A DNA stretch of 64,000 nt from Antedon mediterranea (lineage: Eukaryota; Animalia; Echinodermata). The DNA lies in contig NC_092671.1 of the NCBI RefSeq assembly GCF_964355755.1, forward strand, positions 9,796,001-9,860,000. The letters are read 5' to 3'. A model generated the notes under the pieces. It saw only the letters and a list, made by a program, of their open reading frames with translations, did no database searches and had not been told where the DNA came from. Positions 42,001-54,000 of this stretch are shown piece after piece. Each line of letters starts with the position of its first letter. The stretch's first letter is position 1. A program made the position numbers and the translations under genes.

Positions 42001-45000
42001 GATTGACTAAAACTTTCATAGGATTTAATAACATGATCAATAAGGCAGAACCAATCGGTATTACGGAGGTTACAATGTAAAATGAGCAAGAAAAACACGA
42101 GGAAATTTGATAATTAGAGAAGGACTGCAAGCAATTAATCACAAGATTAACTGACCGGTAAAGGTGAATTGGATTAGTATGGTCACATGGTCTATGAGGT
42201 ATGTTCACTGTATAATAGTGGGGACTTACCCTTTAACCTATGTTGTGCAATGTAGGTCACCGGGGATAACATTTTGTAAAGATTCATGGGTCGCGTCTTT
42301 GTTATATTGTAATACTAAAATATGATTTGAATTTTTAGGTCCGTAGAATACAGAATTAAAATTTTTACAAAAATGGCATTGTTTTATTTATTAAAAGTCT
42401 TCTGTTTAGTCCTACACATAGTGAAAATGACAGTAAAGAACACAAATTGCAATAAATATAATTAATTTTAATTTTTCACTGGAGAATAAACTGTCGAAAA
42501 ACTATAGTAATACAGACCGACAATACAGTACACCCACATGCACTTTTCACATGCAATATATACACAATGTTGAACTACTTTGATATTATCTTGCAAACTG
42601 TCCTGAATGTTTAGAGTGTTTGCCATAGTGAAAGTATATTTACCAAGTTTAAACAAACCAAACAAAACCAGAATCTTTCAATTCATTTTGATTTCAAACT
42701 TCACCCACGAGGGATTCACCATTTTATACAGAGTGTCACTTTTTCTTAGATATCTTTACCCTGGGATTAAATAATATATTTATTTAATAATATTTTCCCA
42801 CACACTAATAATAATTCACTTTACTGAATATATTCAGTACAGTAAAATCTCCCACAATACAATATGATTAGGACAATTCAATTAAATTATTTTATTCTGT
42901 CAAACACTCTGGCTCGAAAATTGTCTTGCTTGTCACGAATATAAAACATTAAAATATGATAAAATGGCTAAAAAAAATACAAACAGCACGATACCAAGGG
43001 ATAAAATACAAAAGCAACAAATACAAAAATAGAAAATAAAATTGATTATTCTTTTTTTTTTAAATCAATCATTTTAATCTACTGTATTACTGTACTGAGC
43101 AAGTAGAATTGACCAGTACTAGTGTTATAAGCTATGAATTCTGGCGACAAGTCAGTCTCCTTAGTGTGGTCATTCATACATTAATGATTAGATTTTCCTT
43201 TTAGTTACACACATCCAATAATTCAAATAAAAAGAGGTTCAATATTTGAAAGGTATACCAGATCAATGGCAACACTACCAGGTGTAAGATCTTTAATGTG
43301 AATTCACTGTATGTGATGAAATACTTCCATTAATGATTGTCCGATGCGTTTGACTTTTATTTCTTATAGACCATAGATGTACTGTACAGTACAGATTATG
43401 TTGATAAAATGATATTTTCATATCTTATCCAGAACCTAAATACTATATGCAGAGTGAATCAAATGTATTAAAAATACATATTTGTACTTTTCCTTTTTAA
43501 TTGGCTTTGTCTCCTTTTCTATAGAAAGAAGAATCTAATTATTTTGAATAAACGAGAATAACTCAATATAAGATTAAGAAAGAACGTATTGAAAATTCAA
43601 AGTTTTCCAATTCATTTTATTTTTTAAAAAGATATGCTAACATACAGTACTTCAAGTTATCTAAACTTTATTGATGATAGTATAGTATCTTTGTGCTACT
43701 CCGTGTCTAATATAATATCGACATTGTAATTATAAACCTTCTTAATTACGATCAAATCATTTTTGATTACGATTAATAAAGTTATAACCTACGCAGGTTG
43801 ATAAATAGAGAGATCAATTCCCCCAGCCTTCCTCATGCAGAGGAATTCAGCCTCATTACATCACAACATTCCATTACTGTATTTAAAGGCAACAACACTA
43901 TCATTATCCTCTAAGGCGCTCGCTAATACAGTATCATCAAATCAATCTTGATTAAATCTCATTTGATATGAAAATTAAGAAATTAAATGATGAATGCTTC
44001 GCTTGTTCATCTGTTTAGGTTAGCCGCAAATGACGAGATTCTAAAAAAAAATGATTCTTAATTCTCGGATGGTAAACTAAAAGGATAGATGGATAGATAA
44101 TCCATAGTATCTTCGCTGTCGGTAAAAACATTGTGATAAACCATGTCTATATTCGTATTCCTCAAGGCATTATATAGGAATGAAATATTGACAAAATGCA
44201 AGTTAGATGATAGGATGATCTGTGTTAATTTATCATCTTAGATGTTGTGAAAAATGCATGTACAGTACCACAATCTGAATTATACAAACCCAGTGTATAG
44301 TTTAATGTTGATGGTGATTGTAAATGGGGATAGTAGTGATGGTGGTTGTGATGGTGGTGATGACGATGATTGTGGTGATGGTGGTGATGACAACGATTGT
44401 GATGGTAGTGGTGATGGTGATGACGACGATGGTGATGCAGTGATGATGGTAGTGTTGATGATGGTTGGGATGGTGGTTGTGATGGTGGTTATGGTGACGG
44501 TGGTGATGATGATGGTGATGATGATGACGGTGGTTGTGATAATGATGGTGGTTTTCATGGTGGTGGTGATGACGACGATGGTGATGCAGTGATGATGGTA
44601 GTGTTGATGATGGTTGTGATGGTGGTTATGGTGACGGTGGTGATGATGATGGTGATGATGGTTGTGTTGGTAATGGTGTTGTGTTAGGTTCCTTTCATTT
44701 GGTAGCATGCTTCATGGATTGTTTGTATCATTAAAACTACATAAGGATTTTCAGATTTGTATATTTGTAGCATTTAGTCATATGTTTATCCAGTAGTATT
44801 AAAAGACAGGCACAGAAAAGAATTAATTTGGCTCTTCCCCCTGTTATTGTGTTAATTTTTCTATCCAATAGATTGAAAAAACAATACAATATAGCAAGTA
44901 TACTATATTTTGAAAATCATTTTCACGTCATGGCCTACTTCACTGCATTTATTAATTTAACAATAAGGATGTTGGAGGAAGATTAATTAATGGCTATTTA

Positions 45001-48000
45001 AAAAAAAACAATATTTTAACTTCAGACTTGAAGGCACCCACAATTTACAGTATCCTACTAGAATGAAGTGTCACTCTCAAGCCTGATTATTATCAAGCTC
45101 AGCACCTGATATAATAACTATGTCTACACTATTTTGACTTAAGAGAATGTTTTTTATTTCAGTCATTTTTTCAATTAATAATTCATATTATTAGTCTATT
45201 GTTTGTTTTAAATTGCTATAACAACTAACAAGTCTACAAAAAATGTCAACATAAAAGGGAATGCTTTACCAGCTGTACTGTACTATACTATAGTGTTCTG
45301 TACATACTAAAGCATTATTTTTTTTAAGTATGTCAGTATTACTGTACCTTTTAGCTAAGCTTAGTTAGTAATTTGTCCATATTTATTAATGTTTCTATAT
45401 ATTATTATTTGAGTACATCTAAACAGATACTCCAGTCCTATACTATAAAAAACAATTTATATCATAAATAAAAATGTTCCAAACATTATGCCATTAAGAA
45501 TATTATCTTAATCTTAGTACCTCAACATGAACTGAACCCAGGATCTGGTTTATAAGATGCAGTGCAACTACATGTTTATCATCTCAATACAACAGAAAAT
45601 TCTGCTGTAGAAATTAATATTCATGAATATTCATGAATATTTTGTATGAACATACTTTGATTTTATGTTGGTAATTTTTCCTGTAAAATTGCAATTAATG
45701 GTTAGGATATAAAAAAAATAATCTACCATGGTATAGACCTTGAAAATGATATTGATAATGGACTACCGTAACTGTGTTGCATGAAAAATAGTTGCAACAT
45801 CCATTGAACGAGTACCGTATCCACTTAATTAAAAACAAGTCTATTTCGGTCAGAAAACAAAATATATTCCTTATTTAAAGGAGAATGAGATTGATGCCTG
45901 ATGAGTCATTGCTCGGTCATTCAACAGTCATTAATTTTTACTGCATATGAACATTTACTGTAGGAGAAACTAAGCATCTCATATAATATCTGCTATATTT
46001 TACTATAGCAAGCATACAATTACAACAAAACCTATTTACAATTATGCCAATTTAAGAACAATACATCAATTAATGTGAGAAGAACCAAATGCTGAAGGCC
46101 ATAAAACATTCAATACTTGGCATAAATTGACAAAGATAATTATAAATTTGAAATAATTAAATTGATAAAGTCAATTTTTGGTTGCTTTTACCACTGGTGT
46201 GTGTGTATTACTATTACGGTAATATACTACGGTAAAGGAACAAAAAGTAGTAATACTAACTGTATATTAGAATAGCCATAATTTATGTCAATTTGCTCTC
46301 ACTTTCATTATCAATCAATAGTTAATTATTCCATCTGTTGAGCCATATTCCTATCAAATGTCAACAACTCATCCAGGCCACAGCAGTCAGCAAGTCCTAC
46401 TGTATACCAACAGTATTCCATTTTTACTGTTAATATTTTGTTATTTTCCTTTCTTTTACACAGTAACACATTTTACATTATAAAGAATTGTTGCACAGTA
46501 TACAATTTTGTAATATTAAGTTTATTCTATCATGTAAAGAAATAATTTTGATATGAAGATTTTTTTCAAATAGAAAATTTGAGAATATCCCATGCACAGC
46601 TATTTTCTGTCACTATACAGTACTCTTATATAATCTTTAATCTTCAGGAAAGCTTTGATAAAAAAAGTCTACAATATTAAATATTAGAGTTTATACAGTA
46701 CACCAATAGAATTAAATTATTTATATTTAATAGGTATTAAATTTCGAGATGAATACTGTACTACTTGTTCACACTGCTTGACACACTATCGTTTAGTTAA
46801 GCAGTGTGAACAATAGCAAGCAATGCATTTCGTCTTGTGATCACAACAGCACATGTTGCAGTAAATTTTTCTGGTCCTGTGGTCTTTAATTTGATATTCT
46901 CTATTTTCAGTACTTTTATTATATAATTTGATAATAAACGTTTCAATCAATACATTTGATTCTATTTTGTTGCAGTTTTCTTTAAAAACTAGAATAATAG
47001 GCAGATTTCATTTCAGCTATCCAGACAGAAACCAAAACTTCACCAACCAGCATGATACAAAATACAAGAAAAACCACAATTCTGGTTTAACTTAAGTCAA
47101 TTTCTACACAATAACCAAGCTTGTATCAATTAATTTTAATTTGTGGTAATGAAAACCAGAGACTTATACAATAAAATGATCTTTCTTCCCAAGAGAATAA
47201 AAAACTACTACTCAAGTAGTAATTATTAAAACAATATTATAAAAAATATGTATATGAAAAATTCAAAGACAAAGTCATTATCAAAATCATAATCATTAGT
47301 CAAAATCTGTACTAAACTACAAGAAAGACTAATATTTTTGTGAACGAGAAATTTAGAAATGAAAGATTTTATTTTATCATACAAAAAACTGAAAATAAAA
47401 ATAAAAATGACTGATGATAGATTCTGGCACATTTATATGAATTATGCATTCAATGTATATGAATGATTCAAGTAATACTCTAAGGAAATGTCTTATTTCA
47501 TGTCATATTTGAAAAACCTAGTTTACTTACGTTGCAATTATTTTCTTAGGGAAAGGGGTTTATTTGTTATATTGGAATTTCAATGTTGTTTATAATTATA
47601 GCGCCGTTGGTGCACAGAGGAAAAAACAGGCATTAAAATATATTGAAAAAGGCTAAAAACATCCGAGGTCTACAGTGTTGGAGGGCGACTTTGGGTTCCT
47701 AAACCAGGGGTCTCAGGCCTCTGCCTTACGCCACTGTATCTGCACATAATAGTTTACCTCCGCCAAGGAGGTACTGTATATGTAATCGGTAGCGTGTGTT
47801 TGTTTGTTTGTTTGTTTGTTTGTTAGCAGGATAACTCAAAAAGTAATTACAAGATCTTTACCAAAATGAATACACAGATAGATATGTGGTCAAGGACCAT
47901 TCCATTAAATTTTGAGACCACAGTCCCAATTCTGGACCACTTTTTAGTATACTTGTTTAGACCTGCTAGTGTTAAAAGATAGGACAGAATTTTTCAAAAG

Positions 48001-51000
48001 CCGGCGAGCAGTCTTAAAGTAACAAGTAAACTGAAATTCCATTTTCTCGAGAACTACTTGTCCAAAAAACATTTTAGAACAAGAGGAATAAGTTATAATT
48101 TGTGATTTGTAATTTTAAAACATAATTTGATTTAATGTGCACGTTTTTTGATGCGAGTAAAAAACCTATTTCTTTTCAAATTCACTCGTTTGATTTTCGC
48201 GTTGCTGTTCTATTGTTAGTCAACTGAGAAGCTATTGTTAATTGAAAGGCTTGTTACATAACCATTACACCAAACTCGCATACACATGCTTGTAATGAAA
48301 TTAGCCTAAATCACAAACAGCATTAAGACACACACAAATATATATATATATTTTTTTTACCAGAGAAATTTTATGTAGGAGAATTTTACAGTAGGCGGAG
48401 GTATGCCCTCTCGGAGTGGCTTTCTAGTTTTTAATGTTTTTTCAAGCAATCAAGACTGGTTCTTGTAGATTTTAAAAGGGCGCCTACCTACAACTCCAGC
48501 ATGAATGAACAATGTTTTATGCTACAGTAGTTCTAACACTAAACTAGCACTAGATTGTGAATTTATTTTATTATTGTACAAGGTTATACAATATTAGCAA
48601 AGAAAACAACTTTGTAACTGAACGAGAAAATTACAGTATGAAAGATAACAACTTTTGCGTCAATAATGCTGCCTTTTTGGTGGAATAGAGTTTTTTATTA
48701 TATTATTCGAAAGCTACTATTTGTTAGTATTATATATCTAAATATTATTATTTTTTACAGTAAATGTCAAGGGTATTTGAACTCACTATTTATTAATGGA
48801 ATTTAAACTATACAATCTTTAAATGGTGACTCATTATTTGTTTTAATGTAGTTTATTTGAATTTTAAACCATGTTGCAATAGGGTCTCCACAGGGTCACC
48901 ATTAGCCATGTGAAAAGTTGGGTTTTAATTGTACACAAATAAATCCTATTGTTATACGTACCAAATCTTATATAAAGTAGATATTGCATAGAATTTCTTG
49001 GTTTTACGTTCATTATATTTCCTCGTAGCGCCACAACACCTTCAATAATTTCCATGACTAGACAAAGCGACAGAAGCACCAGAAAGCAGATAGCGAAATC
49101 CTTGAGTCCAAATGAGGCTGCTGCTAGACATGAAGAGAGGTCTGCCCTCGCCACCAATACACATACTACTATAAACCTAGAAATAAGAAAGAAAGGTTTT
49201 AGCTAATTTCCATATGAAGAATACACATTTCACTATTCTATCATTTCAAGGAATCTGTACTGTACAGTAGGGATAGACTTACTATACTGTCATCATCCAG
49301 TTACTCTGTTCTGTCATCTAAAGAATATACAGTAGAGTATTGTACTGCACAATCATCATGAGGGATATCACTGTCAGTACTATATTAGGCCTAAGGTAAT
49401 ATTGCGTCATCCATACAGTATGAGTGACACAGTAATTGCAGGCCTGAATAATTCCTATATGAGGGTTATAAGTACTGTACCGTACTGTCAATCTAAGGTA
49501 TACTGTTTTGTCATCTGAGAGATGTGACCATCATATGAGGGATCTGTATTGTCATCCAAAGGATACAGTCCATCATCTGAGGGTGGTCATCTGATGGATA
49601 CTGTACTGCCATCAGAGAGACACTGTACGGCCATCGGAGAGACACTATACTGCCATCAGAGAGACACTGTACTGCCATCAGAGAGACACTGTACTGCCAT
49701 CAGAGAGACACTGTACTGCCATCAGAGAGACACTGTACTGCCATCAGAGAGACACTGTACGGCCATCGGAGAGACACTGTACGGCCATCGGAGAGACACT
49801 GTACTGCCATCAGAGAGACACTGTACTGCCATCAGAGAGACACTGTACTGCCATCAGAGAGACACTTTACTGCCATCAGAGACACTGTACGGCCATCGGA
49901 GAGACACTGTACTGCCATCAGAGAGACACTGTATGGCCATCGGAGAGACACTTTACTGCCATCAGAGAGACACTTTACTGCCATCGGAGAGACACTGTAC
50001 TGCCATCGGAGAGACACTGTACTGCCATCAGAGAGACACTGTACGGCCATCAGAGAGACACTTTACTGCCATCAGAGAGACACTTTACTGCCATCAGAGA
50101 GACACTTTACTGCCATCAGATAGACACTGTACTGCCATCAGAGAGACACTGTACTGCCATCAGAGAGACACTGTACTGCCATCAGAGAGTCACTGTATCT
50201 GATGGATACTGTAGTGTCATTATCCCACAAATCTATCATCTGACCAGGATACACTGTATTGTTTTTTTGGAAGATCTGTACTGTACTCATAAGATTTTTA
50301 AAAAGAAAGTGCCAATGCTTTCTGTCTTGATTACTTCATTTCAACATATCAAAATATCCTCACTGATCAAGCAAAGAAGTTCGGAAACCATCCATGAAAT
50401 TGTGCAATTGAGTAAATAAATACCGATAGTTGTCTAGACAACTAATTATATAATTTACAGTTCTATAACTGTCCTTAAAAGATTTGCAATTAATGCTTTA
50501 AAACGCTTCCTTTTAAAATTCTATTGATTATCAATTCAATTCAAGTCAATAATCATACTTGAAGTGTTTAGAATTTGAAAAGTGAATTATCAGTTCATTT
50601 TATTATTTGGTGAATATTTTTCTAAACATTACTTTAATAATACAGATAACGAAAGTGGCGTTATTAGAAGCGAATTCATTTACTATCCTTGTTAAAAGTG
50701 GCAATTCTGTTCACAAGATAAACATATTATACACAAGATGCTCTACAAAACACAAAGTCTTACTGCAAGTCTTTGGGAGTGGAGTTAAAATTTGTATTTT
50801 TTCATTAGAAAAAATCCTGACACTGACAGGCCTTGAATCCCACTCCAACTGTGAGAAACTTTTTTTTACCATAATTATTGTAAACCTATACCATAGCACA
50901 ATTTTAGTGCTTAAAATAGCCAACAGATGTAATTTTTAGAACTATAGTAATATTATTTTAAAACAAATAGGCTATATTATCCTGCATAATAACACCATGC

Positions 51001-54000
51001 TCTAAGTACATTAAGTACATAATTGCTAGCAAAATGGATGGGAACTCTTTACTAATCTACAGTATACAACACAAATAGGATGAGCAATAGTGATATAGCT
51101 AATGACGTTTACCAGCTGTTTTATGACCTTTTAAAGTTACTTCCATGATTTTTTGTTTTTTAAATTCATTCATTGCAGTAAACAGTAAAAGCAGACATGA
51201 TAATCACGCCTTTCTTCAAAAACTCATTTAAAGATTAGATTCACAACAAAATAGCAGACTGCTGTACAACCATGGAGCTATAAATTTCTTAACTCCATGG
51301 TACAACGTTTTGTAGATCACAGTTTTAGGCCTATATTATTATCCATGTATTACACAACCCAGTAGTCAAATATTAGATACTTAAAAACCAAAAGCCACTC
51401 ATAATATAATTCATAAAATCAAATTAAATTAAAGGCATCTCCAACAAATTTGGTTACAATGGCATGAATTAAATAGCAAGATTCAATTATCATAACACAT
51501 CAACAAGATCTTGTCAAAATCAATCACATTATCATATCAAGTGTCAGGATGCGAGAATCAAAGCTGAATCATTCATTATTTTATTTTTACATTGCAGTAA
51601 AACCAAGGAATAAAACATATCGTTTTTACAGTAGCCCCCCCCCCCCCCCACTCCCCTAATTAAGGAAACACCTTCAAGATCCAACAAAGTGGTCCCCTTG
51701 ATAGGTGTTGGCTGTATTTTTAACATCTATTGCCCCAAATAGTTTTAAGGTAAGCTCATTAAAAAATGGATGTCTCAAAGGCGAGAGTTCTACTGAATTA
51801 AATTTGGAAAAAGGGTACCTATAAAGCAACATGATTTTTAATTGAATACCCCTGTATACTGAGTAGTATTGTATTGAAATGAAAGTTTTTTTTAAACTTA
51901 CTGTAAATTTAGCAAAAAAGTAATGAATAAATTGTTACTATTGTTTCTACATTTAAATTGAGATACAAAGTTACAAAACAGTTATAGTAGACATTCTATT
52001 ATTTAACCACTTCAATTCCACCATAGTATGCGTCATTGCAGTTTACAGATATCTTGTGCTCAACAATTAATTATTTTACAATTCATTACACTGATTGCTT
52101 AGGTCATTATTTTGGTTGCTCAATTACTTCCGTTCTACTCTTTCACTGCATGCTAAATATCACTATAAAACCATAATACTATTATATAAAAGTTCTTTAT
52201 CTGCTCATTAAAGTAATCTAGAAAAGTAACATTTTAGTCCATTTGAGATTAGTGATATGGAAAGTACGAGGATGGCAAATCTAGGAGAACACTATGGTTG
52301 GCGAACTTGCTGACAAGGTGTGTGAATGAACAGTAATAGTATAAAGCTCTGTCTACACTATCAAACTTTATGTGGAAGAAAATGTGATGTGCCCATATAT
52401 AGACATAATGATATCATATCACTACCATATTTGGGCATACAGTATCACTACCATATTTGGGCACACCACACTTTTTTTTGTCAAACTAGTTTAATATTGT
52501 AGACATAGCTTTAATTAAGTAATAAAAAGGCCTTGTAAATTCATCGCCGCACACACTCATTAAATTTGACAATGATGATACTATATTAATGCGTTTATTT
52601 GTGACATGGACATTTCCAACTTTCTATTGTTTATAGCTGTTTGGAATACTGTAAGTTACATTAACTAAATTTATAATAGACTTTGACCCTACTGCTACAC
52701 AACAATCATTGTCCTATCAGTATTGGTATGTAGAAATTGTACACATTTTGTTATTTATAGCTGTTAATTTCCGAAATAGTGGAGGAAATAGGATTTGCTC
52801 ATAAACAGTAAAATCTGCAGAAATTATGATCAAAATATTACAATTTACATTGTCATAATTCAAACAATGCAATTAGCCTAGGGTTGTCACACACTCCAAT
52901 TTTTCATTTATTCTTTAGAGCTTGTCAGTTTGTCAAATCAGAGAGGCTTACCGTAGCTTTTCCTTTCAATAATATTTTTATTTTTATATCCTAAAACCAA
53001 AGCTAATATTGTTTATAAAAATGTTGATACAATCTCATTGATTTATTCAAGAATACTTCCAATTCATTAACTCTGTTGCAAATAACTTCAAAGAAGAAAT
53101 GAAAACAAGAATTACTATTGTATTCAACAATACAGATTATATAGTCAGAAAGTATAGTTTAATTAATCCAATAAAGTACAGTCCTATAGGCAGATCTGAG
53201 GTGAGGGAGGTACAGTAGGGTCTATACATTAATCCAATAAAGTACAGTCCTGTAGGCAGATCTGAGGTGAGGGAGGTACAGTAGGGTCTATATATTAATC
53301 CAATAAAGTACAGTCCTATAGGCAGATCCAAGCAAGGGAGGTACAGTAGGGTCTATATATTAATCCAATAAAGTACAGTCCTGTAGGCAGATCTGAGGTG
53401 AGGGAGGTACAGTAGGGTCTATATATTAATCCAATAAAGTACAGTCCTATAGGCAGATCCAAGCAAGGGAGGTACAGTAGGGTCTATACATTAATCCAAT
53501 AAAGTACAGTCCTGTAGGCAGATCTGAGGTGAGGGAGGTACAGTAGGGTCTATATATTAATCCAATAAAGTACAGTCCTATAGGCAGATCCAAGCAAGGG
53601 AGGTACAGTAGGGTCTATACATTAATCCAATAAAGTACAGTCCTATAGGCAGACTCAAGCAAGGGAGGTACAGTAGGGTCTATACATTAATCCAATAAAG
53701 TACAGTCCTATAGGCAGATCCAAGCAAGGGAGGTACAGTAGGGTCTATATATTAATCCAATAAGTACACTCAGTCTCCTAATAGGCAGACTCAAGCAATT
53801 GGGTGGTGGGCTACAATTTAAACAATAAATAAAAATTGTCCTTTTTTTAAAACCATTCAACAGAACTCTTTTAACAAACAGCTGGTGAAATTGGTTGCAT
53901 AATGGGGTGTGTTGGATATGAGCAACTGTGGGTATTCTTTATAATACTTCTAAAGCGCTGTCCACACTATCAAACTAGTTTAACAAAAAAATGTGATGTG

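Noticed and set aside
44254-44708. His/Thr/Ser-rich and Asp/Val/Met-rich ORFs
   Set aside because: They are artefacts of a (GAT/GGT)n tract, with no splice support.
49549-50202. 217-aa repetitive ORF ([22 protein letters not shown])n
   Set aside because: It is the translation of a stop-free 22-bp minisatellite cycling through three frames, antisense within a DAGLA intron.
53162-53800. CRISPR-like periodic array
   Set aside because: The units are tandem with only two alternating variants. There are no unique spacers or cas genes, and the context is a eukaryotic intron.
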